Sequence record: DRR723986_33163
Strand: one strand, 5' to 3'
DNA: 64,000 nucleotides
Under the pieces are notes generated by a model. It was not told the origin of the DNA and ran no database searches. It was given only the letters and a program-made list of their open reading frames with translations. Position numbers and translations under genes: made by a program. Positions within the stretch are counted from its first letter, which is position 1; each line of letters opens with the position of its first letter. Of the stretch, positions 17,118 to 27,502 are shown piece after piece.

Positions 17118-18305
17118 ATGGCTTGTAACAGTTGCTCAACTGGTAAAGATGGTCAACCAAAAGGATGCAAAAACAATGGGACTTGTGGTACAGATAGCTG
17201 CAATAAACTCACTGTTTTTGATTGGTTAGCTAATATGTCACTCCCTAACGGACAAGCACCTTTTAAAGGTGTAGAAGTCCGTTTTAAAAATGGCAGAAAA
17301 CAATATTACAAAAACACCGAAAATCTTACGCTTAGTATAGGAGATATTGTAGCTACACAGGCAAAATCTGGTCACGATATTGGTATGGTTACACTCACAG
17401 GTGAATTGGTGCGTGTACAGATGAAACGGAGGAAAATTGATATTGAAGATCCTGAAAATGTATTGAAAATATATAGAAAAGCATCTCAAAAAGATATTGA
17501 TGTCTGGTCATCAGCCAGAGATAAAGAAGAACCAATGAAGGTTAAAGCGCGCCAGTTTGCCATAGACTTAAATCTGAAAATGAAAATTTCAGATATTGAG
17601 TATCAGGGTGATGGGAGTAAAGCGACTTTTTATTACACAGCAGAAGAACGTGTAGATTTTAGAGAACTTATAAAAGTTTTTGCTAGAGAGTTTAAAACAC
17701 GCATAGAAATGCGTCAAGTAGGCTTTAGACAAGAAGCTGCCAGGCTCGGTGGTATTGGATCTTGCGGAAGAGAATTATGCTGTTCTACGTGGTTAACAGA
17801 TTTTAGATCGGTTAGTACTTCGGCGGCCAGATACCAACAGTTATCGCTAAATCCATTAAAGCTAGCTGGTCAATGTGGTAAGTTAAAATGCTGCTTAAAC
17901 TATGAATTAGATGCCTATTTAGACGCCTTAAAATCTTTCCCAAAAAATGACACAAAGTTGTATACAGAAAAAGGGACTGCAGTCTGTCAGAAAACAGATA
18001 TTTTTAAAGGATTAATGTGGTATGCCTATGAAGGAGAATGGATGAATTGGCATGTGATTTCTACTGAACAGGCTAATGAAATTATAGAAAAAAATAAGAA
18101 AAAAGAAAAAGTTGCAAGTCTTGAAGAGTACGCTGCAGAGCACATACAAGACACTAAAAATGAATTTGAGAACGTTGTAGGTCAGGATAGTTTAACACGT
18201 TTCGATAGTCCAAAATCAAAAAGGAAACGTAAAAACAATAGGAAGGGTAGAAATAAGAACCGTAATCGCAATAGAAATCAAAGACAAAATGCAAAAAAGA
18301 ATTAG
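17118..18305 (+). CDS. ricT: PSP1/RicT (YaaT) family Fe-S protein
   Basis: VEVRFKNGRK, FYYTAEERVDFRELIK, GGIGSCGRELCCSTW, KLAGQCGKLKCCLNYE. Confidence 0.85.
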   Translation: MACNSCSTGKDGQPKGCKNNGTCGTDSCNKLTVFDWLANMSLPNGQAPFKGVEVRFKNGRKQYYKNTENLTLSIGDIVATQAKSGHDIGMVTLTGELVRVQMKRRKIDIEDPENVLKIYRKASQKDIDVWSSARDKEEPMKVKARQFAIDLNLKMKISDIEYQGDGSKATFYYTAEERVDFRELIKVFAREFKTRIEMRQVGFRQEAARLGGIGSCGRELCCSTWLTDFRSVSTSAARYQQLSLNPLKLAGQCGKLKCCLNYELDAYLDALKSFPKNDTKLYTEKGTAVCQKTDIFKGLMWYAYEGEWMNWHVISTEQANEIIEKNKKKEKVASLEEYAAEHIQDTKNEFENVVGQDSLTRFDSPKSKRKRKNNRKGRNKNRNRNRNQRQNAKKN

Positions 18306-18795
18306 TGAGTTATTAATACTTATAGCGCTATGCTTTTTTTTAAAAAGTTGTGATTCAAATGCAGTTTACGACGAGTATAAATCCGTTCCAAATCAATGGA
18401 GCAAAGATTCTTTAGCTAGGTTTAACTTTACTGCTCCAGATACTTCAAACGCTTACAATCTCTATGTTAATTTGAGGAATACAAATGATTATCAGTATAA
18501 TAATTTGTTTTTAATTGTAGAATTAAATTATCCGAATGGGAAAGCCGTAAAAGATACTTTAGAGTATAAGATGGCAAAACCTAATGGAGAATTATTAGGT
18601 GCAGGATTTTCTGATGTTAAAGAAAATAAACTATGGTATAGAGGTTATGATTCAACATTTAAGTTTTCTGAAAATGGGGAATATGAAGTAACAATTCAAC
18701 ACGCTATGAGAAAGAATGGAGAAGTTGAAGGAGTTGAAGATTTAGAAGGAATAACAGATGTTGGTTTTAGAATAGAAAGTGCAGTAAATAACTAG
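18289..18795 (+). CDS. gldH: Gliding motility lipoprotein GldH
   Basis: Lipobox KSCD, LRNTNDYQYNNLFLIV, DTLEYKMA.PNG..LG.G.SDVKENKLWY, IQHAMR, GITDVGFRIE. Confidence 0.9.
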   Translation: MQKRISELLILIALCFFLKSCDSNAVYDEYKSVPNQWSKDSLARFNFTAPDTSNAYNLYVNLRNTNDYQYNNLFLIVELNYPNGKAVKDTLEYKMAKPNGELLGAGFSDVKENKLWYRGYDSTFKFSENGEYEVTIQHAMRKNGEVEGVEDLEGITDVGFRIESAVNN

Positions 18796-18798
18796 ATT

Positions 18799-21153
18799 AT
18801 GGCAAAGAAAAAGGCAACTCAAACTAAAAATGCTGAATTAGATTTTTCAAAATACGTACGCTGGTTTTGGAAGATATTTTTAGGTGGTATTTTAGCTATC
18901 ATTTTACTTTTCTTAAGCGCTTCATGGGGATTGTTAGGAGAAATGCCAGATCATACGAGGCTTGAAAATCCTGAAACAAATCTGGCAACTGAAATTATTT
19001 CATCTGATGGTAAAACTTTAGGTAAGTTTTATTTTAATGATAATAGAACTCAGGTAGATTTTGAAGATTTACCGAAAAACTTAGTAGATGCCTTAATTGC
19101 AACAGAAGATGCACGTTTTCATGATCATTCTGGTATTGATGCCAGAGGAACCTTAAGAGCCATAACGAGTTTAGGAAGAAGTGGTGGTGCAAGTACTATC
19201 TCTCAGCAAGTTGCAAGACAGTTATTTGTAGGTGTAGCTTCTCCAAATACTCTAAGTCGATTAACTCAAAAAGTAAAGGAATGGGTTATTGCTATTAGGC
19301 TAGAAAGACAATATACTAAGGAAGAGATAATAGCCATGTATTTCAATATTTATGATTTTGGAAATAATGGTGATGGGATAAGATCAGCTTCAAGAATCTA
19401 TTTCGGTAAAGAGCCAACTGATTTAAATTTAAAAGAATCAGCTATGCTTGTTGGAATGTTTAAAAATTCGTCGCTTTATAACCCTAGGAGAAACCCAGTT
19501 GGTGTAAAAAATAGACGAAATGTTGTATTGGCCCAAATGCATAAATACGAGTATATATCAGAGCAACTTAAAGACTCATTACAAGCTACAGAATTAGATT
19601 TACGTTATACTCCAGAAACTCACAATCAAGGAATTGCGACATATTTTAGAGAATATCTAAGAGGATTTATGAAAGAATGGGCAAATGATGAAAATAACAG
19701 AAAACCAGACGGCAGTAAGTATGATATTACTCGTGATGGGCTAAAGGTTTTTACTACTATAGACTCACGTATGCAAAAATACGCCGAGCAAGCTGTGGCG
19801 AAACATATGCCAAGGCTTCAAGCTGAGTTTGATCATCAAAATACACCAAAAAGAAACCCAACAGCACCATTTTTAGAATTAGATCAGGCAGAAATTAATA
19901 AGTTGATGAATGATGCCATGAAGAGAGGTGAGCGCTGGCGAATTTTAAAAAAACAAGGTAAATCAGAAAAAGAGATAAGAGCGTCATTTAACGAGCCTAC
20001 TGAAATGCGTGTCTTTAAGTGGGTAAATGGTAAAGCAAGTGAGGTAGATACTGTTATGAAACCCATCGATTCTATGCGTTATTACAAGTCGTTTATGCGC
20101 ACAGGTATGATGTCAATGGATCCATTAACAGGCCATGTTAAAGCTTGGGTTGGTGGTATGGACTACAAGCACTTTAAGTATGATATGGTTAAGCAAGGAA
20201 AGCGTCAAGTAGGATCAACCTTTAAGCCTTTTGTTTATGCTACTGCTATAGACCAACTACAACTATCTCCGTGCGATTCATTTCCTAGAACACCTATTAC
20301 CATTGAAGCGGAGAAGTATGGCAATCCAGAACCATGGACTGTAAAAAATTCAGATGGTAACTATTCTGGTATTCAAACTTTAAAGGATGCATTAGCCAGC
20401 TCTACAAATACAGTAACAGCAAGATTGATGAATGAAATTGGCCCACAGCCTGTGGTCCAGATGGCAAAGAAATTGGGAATAGAACAAGACATTATACCAG
20501 TACCAGCTATTGCTTTAGGTACAGCAGATATTAGTGTTTACGAGATGGTTGCTGCTTACTCAACCTTTGCTAATAAAGGTGTTTATAATAAGCCAGTAAT
20601 GGTAACTCGTATAGAAGATAAAAATGGTACCGTATTGTATCAGTTTACGCCAGAAAGTAAAGATGTTTTAAGTGAAGAAGTTGCCTATGTAACAGTAAAT
20701 CTTATGGAAGGTGTTACGCAAGCTGGATCTGGTAGAAGACTGAGGCACAAAGGCTATGATAAATGGAATGCCGTATATAAAGAAATTATAACAGGTTACC
20801 CTTACGAATTAACTAACCCAATTGCCGGAAAAACAGGCACAACACAAAATCAAAGTGACGGATGGTTTATGGGAATGGTCCCTAATCTTGTTACAGGTGT
20901 TTGGGTTGGCGCTGAAGATAGATCTGCTCACTTTAAAAGTATTTCTTACGGACAAGGAGCGTCAATGGCATTGCCAATTTGGGGTTTATACATGAAAGCC
21001 TGTTATGAAGATGAAACCTTAAATGTATCTACAGGTAATTTTGAAAAACCCTCAAACCTTTCCATTAATGTAGATTGTACAGCTGTAGATGAAGGTGATA
21101 TTGAGGATGAAACTGAAGAATCTGAAGGTGATGAAATTGATGTAGATTTTTAA
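18799..21153 (+). CDS. mrcA: Penicillin-binding protein 1A (transglycosylase/transpeptidase)
   Basis: TEDARF.DHSGID and GGASTISQQ (GT51); GSTFKP (SxxK), STN, KTG. Confidence 0.9.
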   Translation: MAKKKATQTKNAELDFSKYVRWFWKIFLGGILAIILLFLSASWGLLGEMPDHTRLENPETNLATEIISSDGKTLGKFYFNDNRTQVDFEDLPKNLVDALIATEDARFHDHSGIDARGTLRAITSLGRSGGASTISQQVARQLFVGVASPNTLSRLTQKVKEWVIAIRLERQYTKEEIIAMYFNIYDFGNNGDGIRSASRIYFGKEPTDLNLKESAMLVGMFKNSSLYNPRRNPVGVKNRRNVVLAQMHKYEYISEQLKDSLQATELDLRYTPETHNQGIATYFREYLRGFMKEWANDENNRKPDGSKYDITRDGLKVFTTIDSRMQKYAEQAVAKHMPRLQAEFDHQNTPKRNPTAPFLELDQAEINKLMNDAMKRGERWRILKKQGKSEKEIRASFNEPTEMRVFKWVNGKASEVDTVMKPIDSMRYYKSFMRTGMMSMDPLTGHVKAWVGGMDYKHFKYDMVKQGKRQVGSTFKPFVYATAIDQLQLSPCDSFPRTPITIEAEKYGNPEPWTVKNSDGNYSGIQTLKDALASSTNTVTARLMNEIGPQPVVQMAKKLGIEQDIIPVPAIALGTADISVYEMVAAYSTFANKGVYNKPVMVTRIEDKNGTVLYQFTPESKDVLSEEVAYVTVNLMEGVTQAGSGRRLRHKGYDKWNAVYKEIITGYPYELTNPIAGKTGTTQNQSDGWFMGMVPNLVTGVWVGAEDRSAHFKSISYGQGASMALPIWGLYMKACYEDETLNVSTGNFEKPSNLSINVDCTAVDEGDIEDETEESEGDEIDVDF

Positions 21154-21234
21154 TTTACACTTTTATTTTTGGATGATTTTCATATGAAATATCCGCATTG
21201 TTTTGTATTTTTCAGAAGCTAAATTTTCTAATTT

Positions 21235-21936
21235 ATGATTAATAAAAAAGTAGCTTCTGTCACTGAGGCACTAAAGGGCGTAGATAATGACATGACCTTT
21301 ATGTTTGGTGGTTTTGGACTTTCTGGTATTCCTGAAAATGCAATCGCAGAACTAGTTCGTTTAAATATTAAAGGCCTTACTTGTATCTCTAATAATGCAG
21401 GTGTAGATGACTTTGGGTTGGGATTATTATTGCAGCAAAGACAAATTAAAAAAATGATATCATCCTATGTAGGAGAGAATGATGAGTTTGAACGTCAAAT
21501 GCTTTCTGGAGAACTAGATGTGGAGTTGATTCCTCAAGGAACTTTGGCAGAACGCGCGAGAGCAGCCCAAGCCGGTTTCCCAGCATTTTATACATCAGCA
21601 GGCTATGGAACTGAAGTTGCTGAAGGTAAAGAAACACGAGAATTTAATGGTAAAATGCACGTGCTAGAGCATGCCTTTGATGCTGATTTTGGTTTTATTA
21701 AAGCGTGGAAAGGCGATACAGCAGGAAACTTAATTTTTAAAGGAACCGCTCGTAATTTTAATCCCAACATGTGTGGAGCTGCAAATATTACTGTAGCTGA
21801 GGTTGAAGAATTAGTACCAGCAGGTGAATTAGATCCTAATCAAATTCATATACCTGGAATTTTTGTACAACGTATTTTTGAAGGTGAACGTTTTGAAAAA
21901 CGAATTGAAAACTTAACTGTAAGACAACGCAATTAA
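21235..21936 (+). CDS. scoA: 3-oxoacid CoA-transferase subunit A
   Basis: [40 protein letters not shown]. Confidence 0.9.
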   Translation: MINKKVASVTEALKGVDNDMTFMFGGFGLSGIPENAIAELVRLNIKGLTCISNNAGVDDFGLGLLLQQRQIKKMISSYVGENDEFERQMLSGELDVELIPQGTLAERARAAQAGFPAFYTSAGYGTEVAEGKETREFNGKMHVLEHAFDADFGFIKAWKGDTAGNLIFKGTARNFNPNMCGAANITVAEVEELVPAGELDPNQIHIPGIFVQRIFEGERFEKRIENLTVRQRN

Positions 21937-21938
21937 TT

Positions 21939-22592
21939 ATGTTAGATAAAAACGGTATTGCAAAACGAATTGCTAAAGAAGTCAAAGATGGATATTACGT
22001 AAACTTAGGTATTGGCATACCAACATTGGTAGCAAACTTTGTTAGAGATGATATTGAAGTAGAATTTCAAAGTGAGAACGGTGTGCTTGGAATGGGCCCA
22101 TTCCCTTATGAAGGAGAAGAAGATGCTGACGTAATTAATGCAGGTAAACAAACTATTACAACACTGCCTGGTGCTTCATTTTTTGATTCCGCCATGAGTT
22201 TCTCTATGATTAGAGGACAGCATGTAGATCTTACAATACTTGGAGCCATGGAAGTTTCAGAAAAAGGAGATATTGCTAACTGGAAAATACCTGGTAAAAT
22301 GGTAAAAGGAATGGGTGGAGCTATGGATTTAGTAGCAAGTGCAGAAAATATTATCGTTGCTATGATGCACACTAATAGAGCTGGTGCATCTAAATTACTG
22401 AAGGAATGTTCCTTGCCATTGACAGGTGTTGCATGTGTGAAAAAAATAGTTACCAATTTGGCAGTTATTGAAGTTACTTCTAGTGGTTTTAAATTATTGG
22501 AACGTGCTCCTGGTGTTTCTGTAGATGATATTAAAAATGCTACTGAAGGACATTTAATTATTGAAGGAGAAATTCCAGAGATGGAACTTTAA
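21939..22592 (+). CDS. scoB: 3-oxoacid CoA-transferase subunit B
   Basis: VNLGIGIPT, QSENG (catalytic Glu), NAGKQT, GMGGAMDLV. Confidence 0.9.
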   Translation: MLDKNGIAKRIAKEVKDGYYVNLGIGIPTLVANFVRDDIEVEFQSENGVLGMGPFPYEGEEDADVINAGKQTITTLPGASFFDSAMSFSMIRGQHVDLTILGAMEVSEKGDIANWKIPGKMVKGMGGAMDLVASAENIIVAMMHTNRAGASKLLKECSLPLTGVACVKKIVTNLAVIEVTSSGFKLLERAPGVSVDDIKNATEGHLIIEGEIPEMEL

Positions 22593-22617
22593 TAAAATTT
22601 TGAAAGTAAAACTAATT

Positions 22618-22644
22618 AACCGCATTACTAATTGCGGTTTTTTT
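22618..22644 (+). terminator. scoAB terminator
   Basis: AACCGCA-ttactaat-TGCGGTTTTTTT. Confidence 0.8.
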
Positions 22645-22835
22645 GTAGGAAAAATAGTTGAAACAGACTACAAATGTTAAAATAAAGTGCATTTCATCGA
22701 ATTATATCGTATTTGAACTGATAAATTAAAATATTTTCACATATTAGCAGTCCCAAATCGAACTAAAGTAAATTAACCAAATTTGCCATAAACTCAATTT
22801 ATGATTTGCCCCAAATCTATCATGAATTTCTGCTT

Positions 22836-22961
22836 ATGAAAACAAAACCAAATCTACCAGAACCTACTTTAGAAGATAACGTAATGTTATCTAATTTAAA
22901 AAATACCATGAGAGTCATCTCAGGTGTTTTAAAGTTAACTAAAAAGATATTCATGTTTTAG
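22836..22961 (+). CDS. Small 41-aa ORF (not in ORF track)
   Basis: MKTKPNLPEPTLEDNVMLSNLKNTMRVISGVLKLTKKIFMF; preceded by a promoter-like CATATTAG and ending inside a long hairpin. Confidence 0.4.
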   Translation: MKTKPNLPEPTLEDNVMLSNLKNTMRVISGVLKLTKKIFMF

Positions 22962-22988
22962 TCCTAAGGATTAAGCATGAATATCTTT
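22943..22988. terminator. Long hairpin between the small ORF and convergent bglX
   Basis: AAAGATATTCATGttttagtcc-taa-ggattaagCATGAATATCTTT, about 21 bp with G-U pairs and one bulge. Confidence 0.65.
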
Positions 22989-23000
22989 ATTTTAAGTCCT

Positions 23001-25298
23001 TTACTTTTTTAGCGTGAATTGAGTTTTTAAAGTCGTTTGAGAATTACCACCGACGAATACTTCAAAATTACCAGGCTCAACCATATAGTTGCCTTCATTA
23101 TTATAAAAACCTAATTCATCTTCAGTCAACCTAAATGTTACGGTTTTAGTCTCGTTTGCTTTTAAGTAAACTAACTCAAACCCTTTAAGTTCTCTAACTG
23201 GACGAACAATACTGCCAAAGAGATCTCTTATATATAATTGCACAACTTCCTTACCATCGATATCACCTGTATTGGTTATATCTACAGATACTTCAATAGT
23301 ATCATTAATACTAAAAGTTGTTTCATTAATCTTAAGGTTTTTGTACTTAAAAGTGGTATAACTTAAACCGTAACCAAAAGGATACAATGGCGAATTTTCT
23401 TTGTCTATATAATGAGACCAAAAAACGTTTCCCTCTCTATTGGTTGCTCTACCTGTGTTCATATGATTGTAATATATTGGAACTTGACCAACATGTCTTG
23501 GAAATGTCATTGGCAGTTTTCCACTTGGATTATAATCACCATATAATACTTGGGCTATAGCCTTACCAGTTTGAGTACCTAATTGCCAACCCTCAACAAT
23601 TGCAGGAATATGCTCTGCGGCCCATTCAATTGCTAGTGGTCGTCCGTTCTGAAGCACTAAAACGATGTTTTTATTGACCTCGTAAATCGCCTCCAACAAT
23701 TCTTGTTGTAGCCCAAGCAAGTCTAGTTCAGTTCTACTTCTTGCTTCACCGCTTTGAAATCCGTGCTCACCAAGTACCATAACAACAACATCCATATCTT
23801 TTGCGGTTTCAACGGCCTCTTTTATTCCAGATCTGTCAGTAGTATTCACTTCAACTTCGTGAATAAACTCGGTACGTCCAGTAAACAAATCAATTCCTTT
23901 GGCGTATGTTAATTGATTACCTTTATATGCTTTCATACCTTCGAGAATTGAGACAGCAGTATTATCGTCTGAAGCCAGTCGCCAACTTCCTAATGGACTA
24001 TTTTTATCATTAGCCAAAGGTCCAATTAAGGCAATTTTTTGATTATTCTTTTTAAGTGGTAAAAGATTGTTTTCATTCTTTAATAGGACAATAGATTTCT
24101 TTGCCATCTCTAAAACACCGTCTAGATGCGATTTTTGTCCAATAACCGCTTTTTCTCTTTTTTCGTTGCAGTATTTATAAGGATCTTCAAAAAGGCCTAA
24201 TTCAAATTTTACTTTTAAAATTCTACTTGCTGCCTCATCAATAATACTCTCGTCAACAATTCCTTCTTTAACGAGCTGTGCCAATTCTTCAATATAAACA
24301 TAACCCTCCATGTCCATATCGGAACCTGCTGTTGATGCAATTTGGGCTGCTTCTTTTTTATTCTTTGCTCTTCCCCAATAAATAATTTCATTAATTGAAG
24401 CCCAATCAGAAACTACAAATCCTTTGAATTTCCACTCACCTTTCAAAATATCTCGTTGAAGAAATATACTACCACTAACAGGAACACCATTTAGGTCATT
24501 AAATGAATTCATAAACGTTTTCACACCACTTTCTGCAGCCGCTTTAAATGGTGGTAAAACTGTATTATAGAGTTTAGACGTACTTATATCTACTGTGTTG
24601 TATTCTCTACCTGCCTCGGCAAAACCATAAGCAGCGAAGTGTTTAGCCGTTGCGGCAATGGTATTAGGCTGGCTTAAATCTTCACCTTGAAACCCTTTTA
24701 CTCTCGCTTTTGCAATTTGGCTACCTAGGTATGGATCTTCACCTGCTCCTTCCATAACTCTTCCCCAGCGAGGATCTCGAGAAATATCTACCATAGGTGC
24801 AAAAGTCCAGTTAATTCCAGAGGCAGAAGCCTCTACAGCAGCTATTCTGGCAGAATTTTTAATTGCCTCTAGATCCCAACTAGCAGATTCTGCCAAAGGA
24901 ATAGGGCTTAATGTTTTGTAACCATGTATAACATCAAAACCTATAATAAGAGGAATACCTAATCTGGTTTCTTCAACAGCTATCTTTTGAACACCTCTAA
25001 CATTTTTTACACCTCTAACATTGAGCATTCCGCCGACCCATCCTTTTCTTAAGTGTTCATATTTTATTTTGGCATTTCCCTCTTTAGGACTTGGTCCTGT
25101 TACATTCCAAAAACCATTATATAAGTTCATTTGACCTACTTTTTCTTCTAAGGTCATAATAGCAAGTACTGAATCTACCTTTCTATCAATTGAGTCCTTT
25201 TTGGAAATAGGATCTGTTTTTGGAGATTGGCTTATAAAGGCTGAAAACAATAAGACTAAGACCAAAAGAAATGCGGTCTTTGTTAATTTATTTATCAT
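23001..25298 (-). CDS. bglX: GH3 beta-glucosidase, exported
   Basis: DVIHG, FAPMVDISRDPRWGR, KHFAAYG, VVSDW nucleophile motif, C-terminal FnIII-like EVVQLYIRD...RPVRELKGF. Confidence 0.93.
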   Translation of the reverse strand: MINKLTKTAFLLVLVLLFSAFISQSPKTDPISKKDSIDRKVDSVLAIMTLEEKVGQMNLYNGFWNVTGPSPKEGNAKIKYEHLRKGWVGGMLNVRGVKNVRGVQKIAVEETRLGIPLIIGFDVIHGYKTLSPIPLAESASWDLEAIKNSARIAAVEASASGINWTFAPMVDISRDPRWGRVMEGAGEDPYLGSQIAKARVKGFQGEDLSQPNTIAATAKHFAAYGFAEAGREYNTVDISTSKLYNTVLPPFKAAAESGVKTFMNSFNDLNGVPVSGSIFLQRDILKGEWKFKGFVVSDWASINEIIYWGRAKNKKEAAQIASTAGSDMDMEGYVYIEELAQLVKEGIVDESIIDEAASRILKVKFELGLFEDPYKYCNEKREKAVIGQKSHLDGVLEMAKKSIVLLKNENNLLPLKKNNQKIALIGPLANDKNSPLGSWRLASDDNTAVSILEGMKAYKGNQLTYAKGIDLFTGRTEFIHEVEVNTTDRSGIKEAVETAKDMDVVVMVLGEHGFQSGEARSRTELDLLGLQQELLEAIYEVNKNIVLVLQNGRPLAIEWAAEHIPAIVEGWQLGTQTGKAIAQVLYGDYNPSGKLPMTFPRHVGQVPIYYNHMNTGRATNREGNVFWSHYIDKENSPLYPFGYGLSYTTFKYKNLKINETTFSINDTIEVSVDITNTGDIDGKEVVQLYIRDLFGSIVRPVRELKGFELVYLKANETKTVTFRLTEDELGFYNNEGNYMVEPGNFEVFVGGNSQTTLKTQFTLKK

Positions 25299-25355
25299 AA
25301 AAAGTGTAAGTTAGATTATAAAAATACAACAAATTATAAGAGTAAGTTTCTTAAT

Positions 25356-27047
25356 TTATATACCTTTTGGTATAGCGTTGATTAATTTTTTCGTGTATTC
25401 TTTATTTGGACTTTGGTAAATACTATCTGAGTCTCCAATTTCTTCAATTTTGCCTTCGTTCATCACTAGCAATTGGTCTGCCATATATTTTACTACAGCT
25501 AAATCGTGTGAAATGAAGATATAAGTAAAGCCAAATTGCTCTTTGAGATTATTTAATAGATTTAATACTTGTGCTTGTACAGAAATATCCAGAGCAGAAA
25601 CAGATTCGTCGCAAATAATAAGTTGTGGTTCTAATGCTATTGTTCTGGCTATACCTACGCGCTGCCTTTGTCCACCAGAAAACTCATGAGGATATCTATT
25701 GAGGACAGAATTATCCAATCCAACTTTTTCTAATATATCAATAACTTTAGCCTTTCTATCCATAAATGACGAACCAATACCATGTACCTTCATAGGTTCT
25801 AAAATGGCATTTCCAATGGCAATTCTTGGATTAAGAGAAGCGAATGGGTCTTGAAAAATGATTTGTATATCTTTTCTTAAATGACGTAACTCTAGTTTAG
25901 ATAGATTAATGATACTTTTACCTTTATATTTTATGTCGCCAGAGGTAAGTTTGTCTAATTGAAGAATTGTGTTACTTAAGGTAGATTTACCGCAGCCAGA
26001 CTCACCGACTAAACCTATGGTTTCTCCAGGGAAAACTTTAAAACTTACATCGTTAACAGCTTTAAATATATTCGGTTTATTAAACCATCCAGCTTTTGAA
26101 TAATATTCCTTTTCCAAGTTTATTACTTCTAGGATAGGAGCCTGACTATATAGGGTCTTATGCAGTTCTTGACGTTGAGAATTTGTAATCACTTCCTTAT
26201 CAATATTATTATTCATAAAATCATTAATAGTTGACAATTTTTTAAACCGCTTTTCGGTAGAAGGTCTTGCACCAATTAAGGCTTTTGTATAATTATGTTG
26301 AGGTGATTTAAAGATTGTCTTTGTATCCTCTATTTCTGCAATTTCACCTTTGTACATTACAATAACCTCATTTGCAAACTCAGAGACCAATGATAAGTCA
26401 TGAGATATAAATAGTATACTCATTTTGGTTTCCTTTTGGATAGTTTTTAGAAGCTCAAGTATATCTTTTTGAACGGTAACATCTAATGCGGTTGTAGGTT
26501 CGTCTGCTATTAATAATTTTGGGCTACAGGATATAGCCATAGCAATCATTACACGTTGTTTTTGACCACCTGAAATTTGATGTGGATAAGCTTTATAAAT
26601 CCTTTCTGGATTAGGAAGCTTAACTTTTTGAAATAGAGATATGACTTCTTCTTTAATTTCTGACTTACTGAGTTTAGTATGTCGCTGTATAATTTCTCCG
26701 ACTTGTTTACCACATTGCATAGATGGGTTCAGTGAACTCATAGGTTCTTGAAAAATCATTGCAATTTCATTACCTCTGATATTTTGAATTTCTTTATCAT
26801 TCAATCCAGTTAGTTCATTACCATTAAATTTTATTGATCCAGAAGTGTTTTTGGAAATTATCTTAGGTAATAAACCCATTATTGAAAGTGAGGTGATTGA
26901 CTTTCCAGACCCAGATTCACCAACTACTGCAGTAATAGAGTTTGCTTTAACCGCAAAGCTTATGTTATTAAGTATTGAAACCTCTTTTTCCTTGTTAAAA
27001 AAGGATACAGACAAGTCAGAAACTTCAATTATTGGTGTGTGTGACAT
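25356..27047 (-). CDS. ABC transporter ATP-binding protein (fused DppD/DppF type)
   Basis: Two ATPase domains: GESGSGKS and GESGCGKS, YPHQISGGQKQR and YPHEFSGGQRQR. Confidence 0.92.
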   Translation of the reverse strand: MSHTPIIEVSDLSVSFFNKEKEVSILNNISFAVKANSITAVVGESGSGKSITSLSIMGLLPKIISKNTSGSIKFNGNELTGLNDKEIQNIRGNEIAMIFQEPMSSLNPSMQCGKQVGEIIQRHTKLSKSEIKEEVISLFQKVKLPNPERIYKAYPHQISGGQKQRVMIAMAISCSPKLLIADEPTTALDVTVQKDILELLKTIQKETKMSILFISHDLSLVSEFANEVIVMYKGEIAEIEDTKTIFKSPQHNYTKALIGARPSTEKRFKKLSTINDFMNNNIDKEVITNSQRQELHKTLYSQAPILEVINLEKEYYSKAGWFNKPNIFKAVNDVSFKVFPGETIGLVGESGCGKSTLSNTILQLDKLTSGDIKYKGKSIINLSKLELRHLRKDIQIIFQDPFASLNPRIAIGNAILEPMKVHGIGSSFMDRKAKVIDILEKVGLDNSVLNRYPHEFSGGQRQRVGIARTIALEPQLIICDESVSALDISVQAQVLNLLNNLKEQFGFTYIFISHDLAVVKYMADQLLVMNEGKIEEIGDSDSIYQSPNKEYTKKLINAIPKGI

Positions 27048-27502
27048 ATTTAAAAGTAAATATACAGAAGAGATTTGATGAAATTGAAATGAATATGATC
27101 AAAATCGAAGAATTTCATGAAATTTAGAAAGTGATAAAGTACAAAACTTTATGATATACAAGTAAAAGAAATTCTTCTTATAGTATTGGATAAAAATAAC
27201 TAAATTAATATAATTAGTACAGCTACATTTATGACTTTATTTATTTAGTTAAACTACCTGATGAAACAACGGATACATCTAAAAATTAAATATTCAAAAT
27301 GGTTGCAATACTGTTATTAATTGATTAAGGCTTAAAATTAAATTTAAGTTTTTTATTAAATGAAAGCAAACACTTACAAACTATTGCAGTTGTTCCGTAA
27401 TTATGAATTGAATAGCCTTAATTTTAGTTTAATTATAAGGGGTTGAAAAAAATTCCTAATTTCATAAAAAATGCTGTAATTATTTTATAAACCCTAACCA
27501 TT

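Noticed and set aside
27048-27502. 455-bp intergenic region as a possible ncRNA or gene remnant
   Set aside because: AT-rich divergent promoter region; I found no convincing ORF, strong stem or terminator
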